This document shows positions 14,067 through 22,233 of a stretch of 31,433 nucleotides of DNA, in pieces. This stretch comes from Coriobacteriia bacterium (GTDB lineage Bacteria > Actinomycetota > Coriobacteriia > Anaerosomatales > PALSA-660): NCBI GenBank assembly GCA_023252055.1, contig JAHEXP010000015.1:1-31433 (forward strand). Direction: 5' to 3'. Under the pieces are notes generated by a model. That model had not been told where the DNA came from. It saw only the letters and a program-made list of their open reading frames with translations, and ran no database searches. Position 1 is the stretch's first letter, and each line of letters starts with the position of its first letter. A program made the translations under genes and the position numbers.

Positions 14067-14755
14067 GCGCCGCTCCCCGGCAGGCGCCCGGCCATCTCGG
14101 AGGCGAGATCTTCGGGGGTGATGCCCTCGCGGGCCAGCACGACCAGCAGGTGGTAGAGCAGGTCGCCGGCCTCGTAGCGCGTCTGAGCGACGTCGTGGTC
14201 GCGGGCCGCGATGATTACCTCGCCCGACTCCTCCGCGATCTTCTTCAGGAGCTTGTCCTGCGGGCCGCTCAGGAGCTTGGCCGTATAGCTGCCTTCCGGG
14301 AGATCACGCTTGCGCTGCTCGAGCACCGCTGCGAGTTGGCTGAGGACGTCGCCGAGCCGGAGGGGTACTCCGCCTGCATCCTGTATCTGGCCGGCCGGGG
14401 CCGGGGCCGTGGCGACGTCGAGGCTGCGGTAGAAGCAGGTCCTCTGGCCGGTGTGGCACGCGCCGTCGCCGCGTTGTTCGACCGTGACGAGCAGAGCATC
14501 GCCATCGCAGTCATAGCGGACTCCCACGACGTCCTGGACGTCGCCGGAGCTCTCGCCCTTCATCCAGTACGTCTGGCGGCTCCGGCTCCAGAACCACGTC
14601 CGGCCGCTCTCCAGTGTGCGCTCAAGGGCGGTGCGGTCCATCCACGCGAGCATCAGCACCTCGCCGGTGCCTCGCTGCTGCACGATGGCCGGCAGAAGAC
14701 TGCCCTCGCCCCATGCCAGATCGTCGAGGGCCAGCTCGTCACGTTCGAGGTCCAT
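14063..14755 (-). CDS. hisIE: bifunctional phosphoribosyl-AMP cyclohydrolase / phosphoribosyl-ATP pyrophosphatase
   Basis: ORF 14063..15211 minus. Real start [12 protein letters not shown] at 14755 with a GAGGAAG SD. ...[49 protein letters not shown]......[19 protein letters not shown] is HisI. The C-terminal ...GSYTAKLL....[14 protein letters not shown]...A.DHD......[11 protein letters not shown]... is HisE. Confidence 0.9.
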   Translation of the reverse strand: MDLERDELALDDLAWGEGSLLPAIVQQRGTGEVLMLAWMDRTALERTLESGRTWFWSRSRQTYWMKGESSGDVQDVVGVRYDCDGDALLVTVEQRGDGACHTGQRTCFYRSLDVATAPAPAGQIQDAGGVPLRLGDVLSQLAAVLEQRKRDLPEGSYTAKLLSGPQDKLLKKIAEESGEVIIAARDHDVAQTRYEAGDLLYHLLVVLAREGITPEDLASEMAGRLPGSGA

Positions 14756-14763
14756 GGTCTTCC

Positions 14764-15579
14764 TCAGTCCTTCCACGTCAGCGGCGCCGGGCGCACGGGT
14801 GTATCGGGCACGTCGACGAGCCGGACGGGCACGCCCGCGGACGCCATCGCGGCCTTGATGTCGCGCACGCGGAACTTCCCGTAGTGCAGGGTCGACGCGG
14901 CGAGCACCGCGTCCGCGTCGGCTTCGATCACGACCTCGGCGAAGTCCTCGAGCCTGCCTGCTCCCCCGCTCGCGATCACCGGTACGCCGACGGCGCGTGT
15001 CACCGCGCGCGTGAGCGGGATGTCGTAGCCCTCGTTGGTGCCGTCGCGGTCCATGCTCGTGAGCAGGAACTCCCCCGCCCCGAGCGACTCGGCGTGACGC
15101 GCCCACTCCACCGCGTCCATCCCGGTGTTCGTGCGGCCTCCGGAGACGAAGACCTCCCAACGGTCCCGCCCTCCTGCCACCTTGCGCGCATCGATCGCCA
15201 CCACGATGCACTGCGATCCGTAGATGCGGCTCGTGGTGGTGATGAGTTCGGGCGAGGCGACCGCCGCCGAGTTGAGCGAGACCTTGTCGCAGCCGGCCTT
15301 CAGCATCGCGCGTATATCGTCGGCCGAGCGCATGCCTCCGCCCACCGTGTACGGGATGAAGACCTCATCGGCGGTGCGCGCGGCCACACCCAGCATCGTG
15401 GGACGGTCCTCGTGGGTGGCCGTGATGTCGAGGAACACGAGCTCGTCGGCGCCCTCGGCGTCGTAGAAGCGAGCGAGCTCGACCGGGTCGCCGGCGTCGC
15501 GCAGGTCCACGAAGTTCACGCCTTTGACGACGCGGCCCTCATGTACGTCGAGACACGGTATGACGCGCTTCATCAGCAT
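14764..15579 (-). CDS. hisF: imidazole glycerol phosphate synthase, cyclase subunit
   Basis: ORF 14764..15705 minus. True start [20 protein letters not shown] (15579). ...[12 protein letters not shown]...VGGGMRS..D......[12 protein letters not shown]... is the HisF (beta/alpha)8 signature. Confidence 0.9.
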   Translation of the reverse strand: MLMKRVIPCLDVHEGRVVKGVNFVDLRDAGDPVELARFYDAEGADELVFLDITATHEDRPTMLGVAARTADEVFIPYTVGGGMRSADDIRAMLKAGCDKVSLNSAAVASPELITTTSRIYGSQCIVVAIDARKVAGGRDRWEVFVSGGRTNTGMDAVEWARHAESLGAGEFLLTSMDRDGTNEGYDIPLTRAVTRAVGVPVIASGGAGRLEDFAEVVIEADADAVLAASTLHYGKFRVRDIKAAMASAGVPVRLVDVPDTPVRPAPLTWKD

Positions 15580-15586
15580 CGGCGGA

Positions 15587-16315
15587 TCACCCGACGGCCC
15601 GGGCGGTGGAGATCGCGGTCTCGAGGTCGATCGTGCCTTCGTACAGCGCACGCCCCACGATGATGCCCTCCACGCCGTGCACCGCGGCGAGCGCCGTGAT
15701 GTCATCGAGGGTCGTCACGCCGCCGGACGCGATGATCGCGGCATCCGTCGCCAGCGCAAGCGCACGGTAGGCGCGCACGTTCGCGCCCTTCTGCATACCG
15801 TCGAGCGAGATGTCGGTGTAGACGAGCCGGTTCACGCCGAGAGCGCCGAGCTCGGCGACCACGTCGGCGACGTCCGATTCGGTGCCCTGCTTCCAGCCCT
15901 CGATCGCGACGCGCCCGTTGCGCGCATCGACGCCGGCCACGATCCCCGGCCAGCGGAAGCACGCGCGCCGCACGAAGGCCGGGTCGGTGATGAGCGCGGT
16001 GCCGAGTACCGTGCGGGCGACTCCCGCATCGTAGAGCCGCTGCAGCGTCCGCTCGCTTCGGATACCGCCGCCGACCTGGATCGGCACGTTCACCGCGGAT
16101 GCGATCGCCTCGACCGAGGCGATGTTGACCGGCTCGCCGCTGAGCGCGCCGTCGAGGTCCACCACGTGGATGATCTCGGCGCCGGACGCCTCGAAGCGCT
16201 TTGCCTGGTCCACCGGGTCGTTGTTGTAGACGGTGACCTCGTCGAAACTGCCCTGCTTCAGGCGGACGACGCGGCCGGCAAGGATGTCGATCGCAGGCAG
16301 GATCTGCGCGCTCAC
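15587..16315 (-). CDS. hisA: ProFAR isomerase HisA (possibly PriA-type bifunctional HisA/TrpF)
   Basis: ORF 15587..16651 minus. The upstream part is an out-of-frame overlap with hisH. Probable GTG start [22 protein letters not shown] at about 16315 overlaps the hisH TGA (GTGA). ...VVDLDGA..G...N...VE.I......[10 protein letters not shown]... is the HisA signature. Confidence 0.85.
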   Translation of the reverse strand: MSAQILPAIDILAGRVVRLKQGSFDEVTVYNNDPVDQAKRFEASGAEIIHVVDLDGALSGEPVNIASVEAIASAVNVPIQVGGGIRSERTLQRLYDAGVARTVLGTALITDPAFVRRACFRWPGIVAGVDARNGRVAIEGWKQGTESDVADVVAELGALGVNRLVYTDISLDGMQKGANVRAYRALALATDAAIIASGGVTTLDDITALAAVHGVEGIIVGRALYEGTIDLETAISTARAVG

Positions 16316-16953
16316 AGGTGCGACTCCTCGGTCACGATGGCGGCGAATTCGCGCAGGAGCGCGAGTCCGCACGCGGACGACTTCTCGGGGTGGAACTGCA
16401 CGCCGTACACGTTGCCGCGGCGCACCGCAGCGGCGAGCGGTATCCCGTACGTGGTGGTGCCGATGACCACGGTCGGATCGTCCGGCACCAGATGATAGCT
16501 GTGCACGAAGTAGAACGCGCTGCCCTCCGGCACACCGGCGAACAGCCGGCTGGCGCGCGGATAGTCGACGGTGTTCCAGCCGATGTGCGGGACCTTCACA
16601 TCCGCTTCGATGCGGCGGCACTGTCCCGGCACGAGGTCGAGGCCCGCCCACTCACCGTCTTCGAGGCCGACCGTCGCAAGAAGCTGCATACCCAGGCAGA
16701 TCCCGAGCACGGGCACGCCGGCGGCCGCTCGCTCCAAGAGAACCTCCCGCAGCCCCGAGGACGCGAGGTTGGCGGCCGCGTCGCGGAACGCGCCCACGCC
16801 GGGCAACACGATGCCGGCCGCGCGCTCGACAACCCGCGGATCGTCGGTGACGGTCACGCCCTCCACGCCGGCGGCGGCCAGCCCCTTCTCGACGCTGCGC
16901 AGGTTGCCCATGCGGTAATCGAGTATCGCGATGTTGGGCAGGGCGTCGCTCAT
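16312..16953 (-). CDS. hisH: imidazole glycerol phosphate synthase, glutamine amidotransferase subunit
   Basis: ORF 16312..16953 minus. MSDALPNIAILDYRMGNLRSVEKGL...LPGVGAFRDA...VPVLGICLGMQLL (Cys nucleophile) ...HIGWN...YFVHSY. Confidence 0.92.
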   Translation of the reverse strand: MSDALPNIAILDYRMGNLRSVEKGLAAAGVEGVTVTDDPRVVERAAGIVLPGVGAFRDAAANLASSGLREVLLERAAAGVPVLGICLGMQLLATVGLEDGEWAGLDLVPGQCRRIEADVKVPHIGWNTVDYPRASRLFAGVPEGSAFYFVHSYHLVPDDPTVVIGTTTYGIPLAAAVRRGNVYGVQFHPEKSSACGLALLREFAAIVTEESHL

Positions 16954-16981
16954 GACCCGTCCCGTCCGGGAGCGGCGGGCG

Positions 16982-17569
16982 TCACAGGACGCCCTTGGTC
17001 GACGGCACGCCGGTCACCCGGGGATCGAGTTCCACCGCCTCGCGCAGTGCGCGGGCGAGCGCCTTGAACGCCGCCTCCACGATGTGGTGCGCGTTGTCGC
17101 CGCTGACCTCGTGCAGGTGCAGGGTGATGCCGGCGTTCACCGCGAGCGCCGCAAGGAACTCACGGGCCAACGTCGTGTCGAACGTTCCGATGAACTCGAT
17201 CGGCACCTCGACATCGTAGGTCAGCGACCCGCGGCCTGAGATGTCGACCGCTGCGAGTACGAGCGCCTCGTCCAGAGGAACCGCAGCCGATCCGAAACGC
17301 CGGATGCCCGCGCGATCGCCGAGGGCCGAGGCGAGCGCCAGCCCGAGGCAGATGCCGGTGTCCTCCACCGTGTGATGCGCATCGACCTCGAGGTCGCCCC
17401 GGGCCTCGACCGAGATGTCGATGAGGGAGTGGCGGCCGAGCGCGTCGAGCATGTGATCGAAGAACGGTACGCCGGTGGCGACGGACACCTTCCCGGTGCC
17501 GTCCAAGTCGATCTCGAGGATGACCGAAGTCTCGTTGGTCTCACGCTCGATGCGTGCGCTGCGTGCCAT
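16982..17569 (-). CDS. hisB: imidazoleglycerol-phosphate dehydratase
   Basis: ORF 16982..17569 minus. ...RIERETNETSV.LEIDLDGTG...TGVPFFDHMLDAL..HSLIDISV.A.GDLEVD.HHTVEDTGI.LG... is the IGPD signature. Confidence 0.92.
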   Translation of the reverse strand: MARSARIERETNETSVILEIDLDGTGKVSVATGVPFFDHMLDALGRHSLIDISVEARGDLEVDAHHTVEDTGICLGLALASALGDRAGIRRFGSAAVPLDEALVLAAVDISGRGSLTYDVEVPIEFIGTFDTTLAREFLAALAVNAGITLHLHEVSGDNAHHIVEAAFKALARALREAVELDPRVTGVPSTKGVL

Positions 17570-17609
17570 TGCCCGGCCTCTTTCCGTACGTCGTCGAAGA
17601 TGCGGGGGA

Positions 17610-18758
17610 TCAGTCGAGCGGGCCGGACTCGCCTACGGCCGAGTCGAGTTCATCGCGGCTGGTGGTGCCGAACATGTCGCTCGCGCGGCGTTCGGTCATC
17701 AGGTGCTCCATCGCCTTCAGGAACGCCGAGTTCTCCGCCATCGAACCGATGCTGACGCGCAGACAGTCCTCAAGGCCGGGGACGCGGGACAGGTCGCGCA
17801 CGAGGATGCTGTGCGAGTGCAGCAGGTCGCGCCAGACCGCGGCTGCGCGGTCCACGCGGAACAGGACGAAGTTCGCTTCACTGCGGAAGACCTTGACGCC
17901 CGGGATCTGTGAAAGCCCATGCTCGATCACGTCGCGCTGCCGCAGCAACTCCTGGATCTGCGACTCGAAGACGACCCGCTCCCGGAACACGAGGCCCGCC
18001 GCCCACTGGCTGAACCGGTCGACGGAGTACGGCTGCCGGACCTTCGTCAGCTCCATGACGACGTCTTCGTGCGCGAGCAGGTAGCCCACGCGCAGCCCGG
18101 CGAGCGAGAACGCCTTACTGAACGTACGCAGGATGACGAGGTTCGGGTGCCGCTCCATGTGCGGCCTCATCGTGTGCCGCGAGAACTCGAAGTACGCCTC
18201 GTCCACCAGCACCAGCGCGTCGGTCGCCTTGAGCACGTCGATGAGGAACGTCTCGGGCGCGATGTTGCCGGTGGGGTTGTTCGGGTGCGAGATCATCACG
18301 ATATCGATGTCGCCCAGTGCGAGCCGCTCGAAGACCGCCCGCTCGTCGACGGTGAAGTCCTTCTCACGGCGCGGCACCTCTGCGATCGTCGTCCCCGTCA
18401 GGCGGGCGTCGATCTCGTACATGGCGAAGGTCGGCGGCAGGTTGAGCAGCGTGCGCCCCGGGCCGCCCCACGCGAGCATGAGGTCGAATATCAACTCGTC
18501 GCCGCCGTTGCCCACGAGCACGTTGGCGGGATCCAGCCCGTTCGCCTCGGCGATCTGCGCGCGAAGCTGCGAGGCCATCGGATCCGGGTAGCGGTTGAAC
18601 GGGAACGTCGGGAGCCGCTGCGCCATCGTCGCCAACAGTTCGTGCGGCAGGTTGGACGGGTTCTCGTTCGCGGCCAAGTTGATATCGACGCTCGGCTCGC
18701 GGGCATCGTAGGCGGACATGTCGGCCAGGTCCGGGCGCGGGGGGCGGAGGGCGCCCAC
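17610..18758 (-). CDS. hisC: histidinol-phosphate aminotransferase
   Basis: ORF 17610..18758 minus. ...INLAANENP..LP..L.........NRYPDP....L...IA......P.NVLVGNG.DE.I.......G... and ...RTFSKAFSLAGLRVGY... (PLP Lys) indicate a class II aminotransferase. Alternative start at MSAYDAR (18719). Confidence 0.9.
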   Translation of the reverse strand: MGALRPPRPDLADMSAYDAREPSVDINLAANENPSNLPHELLATMAQRLPTFPFNRYPDPMASQLRAQIAEANGLDPANVLVGNGGDELIFDLMLAWGGPGRTLLNLPPTFAMYEIDARLTGTTIAEVPRREKDFTVDERAVFERLALGDIDIVMISHPNNPTGNIAPETFLIDVLKATDALVLVDEAYFEFSRHTMRPHMERHPNLVILRTFSKAFSLAGLRVGYLLAHEDVVMELTKVRQPYSVDRFSQWAAGLVFRERVVFESQIQELLRQRDVIEHGLSQIPGVKVFRSEANFVLFRVDRAAAVWRDLLHSHSILVRDLSRVPGLEDCLRVSIGSMAENSAFLKAMEHLMTERRASDMFGTTSRDELDSAVGESGPLD

Positions 18759-18761
18759 GGC

Positions 18762-20099
18762 TCAGGCCTCCCCGTCGAGCGCAGCGTCGGCCTCGGCTTC
18801 GGCGTCGGCCTCGGCGGCGAGCTCGAGGCGCAGCGCCACAGCGTCCGCGTGAGCATCGAGGCCCTCTGCGGATGCGAGCGTGATCACCGTGGCGGCATCG
18901 GCTTCGAGGGCCGAGCGAGAGTACGAGATGACCGATGACTTCTTCATGAAGTCGTCGACGGACAGCGGGCTCGAGAAGCGGGCGGTACCTCCGGTGGGGA
19001 GGACGTGGTTCGGGCCCGCCACGTAGTCGCCCACCGACTCCGGGGTCCACGGACCCAGGAAGATGGCGCCGGCGTTGCGCACCTGACCGAGAAGCTCGAA
19101 CGGCTCGGCCATCATGATCTCGAGGTGCTCCGGCGCGATCGCGTTCGCTACATCGATGGCGGCCGACTCGTCCTCGACCACGACGACAAGGCCGTTGTCG
19201 GCAAGGCTGCGGCGGATGATCTCCGATCGCGGCGCCTCGGCGAGCAGCACCTCCAGCGCCTCCTCGACCTCGTCGGGGAGCGTCGGGTCGCACGTGACGA
19301 GGAACGTCTGCGCGTTCGGATCGTGCTCCGCCTGGGCCATCAGGTCGATGGCGACGAACGCCGGCTCGGCGGTCTCGTCAGCCACCACACACACCTCGGA
19401 GGGACCGGCGAGCATGTCGATCCCCACGTCACCCACGACGAGCTTCTTCGCCGCTGTGACGTACGCGTTGCCCGGTCCGGTGATCTTGTCGACGCGCGGG
19501 ATGGAGCGGGTGCCGAACGCGAGCGCCGCGATCGCCTGCGCGCCGCCCACCTTGTAGATCTCGGAGACGCCGGCCTCGGCGGCCGCGGCCAGCACGTAGG
19601 CGCTCACGGTGCCGTCCTTCGCGGGCGGCACGACCATCGCGATCTCCTCGACACCCGCGACCACGGCGGGTATCGCGTTCATGAGCACGCTTGAGGGGTA
19701 GCTGGCACGACCGCCGGGCACGTAGATGCCCACGCGGCGCAACGGCGTGACCTTCTGGCCGGTGAAGATGCCCTCCTGCGTCGTGAACCACGACTGCGGG
19801 ACCTGGCGCTCGTGGTACTGCTCGATCGATGCGGCGGCGGCTGCGAGGGCGTCGCGGAACTCCACCGGCACGGAGGCGACCGCCGCCTCGATCTCCTCGC
19901 TCGTGACGCGAAGGACCGGCACGTCGACGCCGTCGAACTTCTCCGTGTACTCGCGCAGCGCGTCGTCGCCGCGCTGGCGGACGTCTTCGACGATGCGCGC
20001 CGCCACCGATAGGACCTCAGGATCCACGCCGCCGGCAGGGCGCAACGTACCTTCCGGCAGCATCCGGCCCCGCGCGAGTTCGACCCGTCTCATGATCAT
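18762..20099 (-). CDS. hisD: histidinol dehydrogenase (with acidic low-complexity C-terminal tail)
   Basis: ORF 18762..20099 minus. ...YTEKFDGVDV..LRV...E...A.......DALAAAAASIEQYHERQ... and ...GPSEV.VVAD..A.PAFVA.DL.AQAEHDP.A...LVT... are HisD signatures. The tail ...LELAAEADAEAEADAALDGEA is low complexity. Confidence 0.9.
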   Translation of the reverse strand: MIMRRVELARGRMLPEGTLRPAGGVDPEVLSVAARIVEDVRQRGDDALREYTEKFDGVDVPVLRVTSEEIEAAVASVPVEFRDALAAAAASIEQYHERQVPQSWFTTQEGIFTGQKVTPLRRVGIYVPGGRASYPSSVLMNAIPAVVAGVEEIAMVVPPAKDGTVSAYVLAAAAEAGVSEIYKVGGAQAIAALAFGTRSIPRVDKITGPGNAYVTAAKKLVVGDVGIDMLAGPSEVCVVADETAEPAFVAIDLMAQAEHDPNAQTFLVTCDPTLPDEVEEALEVLLAEAPRSEIIRRSLADNGLVVVVEDESAAIDVANAIAPEHLEIMMAEPFELLGQVRNAGAIFLGPWTPESVGDYVAGPNHVLPTGGTARFSSPLSVDDFMKKSSVISYSRSALEADAATVITLASAEGLDAHADAVALRLELAAEADAEAEADAALDGEA

Positions 20100-20764
20100 G
20101 CGAGCACTCCCCCTCCGTCCGCCAGCGCCGCGTCCTGCAAGCGGCGGGCGATTTCCGTCACACGTTCGGCGTCGATCCTCATGGCCACCGGGTTCGCGAC
20201 GAACCGGGCGCTCGAGTCCATGACGTCCTCCACGATACGCAATCCGTTCTCCCGAAGGGTGGTTCCCGTTGCCGTGATGTCGACCACACGGTCCGCGAGG
20301 CCCACCAGCGGGGCGAGTTCGATGTTCCCGTGAAGCTTCACGAGCTCCACCTGTATGCCCTTGGCGGCGAAGTGCGCCTCGGTGATGCGCGGGTACTTCG
20401 TCGCGACCCTGATCACTCCCAGGCGGCGGTACGAGCTCTCGACGTCCTCCGTGGCGCCTTCACGCTCCGCGACCACGAACTTGCATGCACCGAAGTACAG
20501 GTCCGCGAGCTCCGCCACATCCAGTGCGGCCTCGGCCAGAACGTCCGCCCCTGCGATGCCGACATCAGCAGCGCCGTAGGCGATATACGCCGGGATATCG
20601 GTGGGCTTGCAGATGATGAACCGCATGTCCGCGGTGTCGATGATGAGCTGACGGCCCGGGTCGGCGAGCGCGCCGGTCTCGACGCCGGCACGGCTCAGTA
20701 TCTCGATCGTTCCCGGAAAGAGCGCTCCCTTGGGGACCGCCATGCGCAGTCGCGTCTCAGCCAT
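20096..20764 (-). CDS. hisG: ATP phosphoribosyltransferase, short (HisZ-dependent) form
   Basis: ORF 20096..20818 minus. Real start MAETRLRMAVPKGALFPGTIEILSRAGV at 20764, with ATG overlapping the hisZ stop (TGATG). Length about 222 aa, lacking the C-terminal regulatory domain of long HisG. ...RFIICKPTDIPAYIAYGAADVGIAGADVL... is the HisG signature. Confidence 0.9.
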   Translation of the reverse strand: MAETRLRMAVPKGALFPGTIEILSRAGVETGALADPGRQLIIDTADMRFIICKPTDIPAYIAYGAADVGIAGADVLAEAALDVAELADLYFGACKFVVAEREGATEDVESSYRRLGVIRVATKYPRITEAHFAAKGIQVELVKLHGNIELAPLVGLADRVVDITATGTTLRENGLRIVEDVMDSSARFVANPVAMRIDAERVTEIARRLQDAALADGGGVLA

Positions 20765-22095
20765 CACAGGCCCCCATCCGTCATCGGAGCAGTGCTCTCG
20801 GCATCCGAGGCCGCACAACGCCCTGTAGGGGCCATGGCGAGCGTCGGAGGCGCCGTTGGCACGCTGATGTCCTCACTGCCGCCGTCCGACGTCCGGTGGG
20901 CCGCGCCCTCACCGGCCAGCGCCCACATCGCGGAGCCTGCCTCGCGCGCTTCGCACTCGACGGCTGCCGCCTCAGCGGACGAGGTCATGCGGACGCGCCA
21001 GCCCTGCGCGCGCAGGCGTGCGGCGAGACGTACGACGTCGAGCGGGGCCCCGCCCACGACCACGTCGAGGCCCCGCACCGGGACCGAGATCCCCTGCCCA
21101 GCCAGCGCGATCATCACACGCTCTAGGGAAAGGGCGAACCCGGCAGCCGGCATCGGAGCGCCGAAGGCAGCCAGCACGTCGTCGTAGCGGCCGCCGCCGC
21201 CGAGAGGGAGACCCAGGCCCGGCGCGTACGCCTCGACGATCATGCCGGTGTAGTAGTCGAACGAGCGCAGTATCCCGAAGTCGACCCGCACGCGCGCGGC
21301 TGCGCCAGCCGCCTCCAAGAGGTCCCAGGTGGCTTCGAGCGCGTCGAGCGACGCCGCACATCCGACCGCCCCCACCGCGGCACGGCATGCTGCGATCGCC
21401 TCGCGCCCTCCCGCGATCCGCACCACCGCGCGCAGCGCATCGCCCGCCGCGGGAGCGACGCCCGCCTCACCGGTCAGCGCGTCGAACGCGACGAGGTTGC
21501 GCGAGTGCGCCGCCGCCAGCAGGGACTCTGCCCACGATCGGCCGGCTCCTGCGGCGTCGATGAGCGCCTTCAGTACCGCGACCGTTCCGATGCCCACGGT
21601 GAAATCGGGCAGGCCGGCGGCGGTCAGTGCGTCCACGAGCACGCACACGACCTCCGCGTCGGAGGCAGGGCCGTTCACCCCCAGGAGTTCCACGCCGAGC
21701 TGCGTGAACTGGCGGGCCTCACCGCGCAGGGAGGCTTGCTCGCGATACACGTCGGCCGTATAGCAGATGCGCTGCGGACCGGTGTCGGCCGAGAGGCGTG
21801 AGGCCGCGAGGCGGGCGATCGGCAGCGTCATCTCAGGACGGAGCGCCAGCAGCGAGCCGTCGAGGTCGACCATACGGAACGCGGTCCCCTGAAGCGTGGC
21901 GCCCGCGGCCGTCTCCAGGGTGGCGTACTCTTCCACCGCCGGTGTCTCGACGCTGCGGTACCCGAAACGGGCGAACGCGTCGGAGACCGCTGCGGTCACC
22001 GCGCCGCGCTCGGCTGCTTCGTCGTAGAGGACATCGCGGAATCCTCGAGGTGTCACGGGGCGCATCTGCGTGCCTTCCCAGGTTCGTGTCGCCAT
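20764..22095 (-). CDS. hisZ: ATP phosphoribosyltransferase regulatory subunit (HisS paralog) with C-terminal extension
   Basis: ORF 20764..22116 minus (tool start is a GTG). Candidate starts are ATG 22095 (MATRTWEGTQ) or ATG 22065 (MRPVTPRGFRDVLYDEA). The latter matches the class II aaRS-like N-terminal P.G..D.L..E motif. ...FRMVDLDGSLLALRPEMTLPIARL... is HisS-like motif 1/2 without full catalytic conservation. About 440 aa, 50 aa longer than typical HisZ. Confidence 0.8.
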   Translation of the reverse strand: MATRTWEGTQMRPVTPRGFRDVLYDEAAERGAVTAAVSDAFARFGYRSVETPAVEEYATLETAAGATLQGTAFRMVDLDGSLLALRPEMTLPIARLAASRLSADTGPQRICYTADVYREQASLRGEARQFTQLGVELLGVNGPASDAEVVCVLVDALTAAGLPDFTVGIGTVAVLKALIDAAGAGRSWAESLLAAAHSRNLVAFDALTGEAGVAPAAGDALRAVVRIAGGREAIAACRAAVGAVGCAASLDALEATWDLLEAAGAAARVRVDFGILRSFDYYTGMIVEAYAPGLGLPLGGGGRYDDVLAAFGAPMPAAGFALSLERVMIALAGQGISVPVRGLDVVVGGAPLDVVRLAARLRAQGWRVRMTSSAEAAAVECEAREAGSAMWALAGEGAAHRTSDGGSEDISVPTAPPTLAMAPTGRCAASDAESTAPMTDGGL

Positions 22096-22139
22096 CGTGT
22101 GCACGCGGACGTGCACACTCCGGACGGTCGGTTCGGTGC

Positions 22140-22180
22140 TTCATACTTTATCACGGTAGAGTGATGCAGCGCTAAAGTAC
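22140..22180 (-). promoter_or_regulatory. AT-rich island upstream of hisZ; candidate promoter of the his operon (-35 TTAGCG/TTTAGC, -10 GATAAAGT region)
   Basis: The only AT-rich patch (catactttatcacggtagagtgatgcagcgctaaagtacca) in the 117-nt dnaE-hisZ gap. The hexamer assignment is ambiguous (spacer 16-19 nt). Confidence 0.3.
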
Positions 22181-22233
22181 CATCCCCGCCTGCGACGCGC
22201 AAGCCACGCCCTCTCCGAGCGCCCCTCTGCCGC

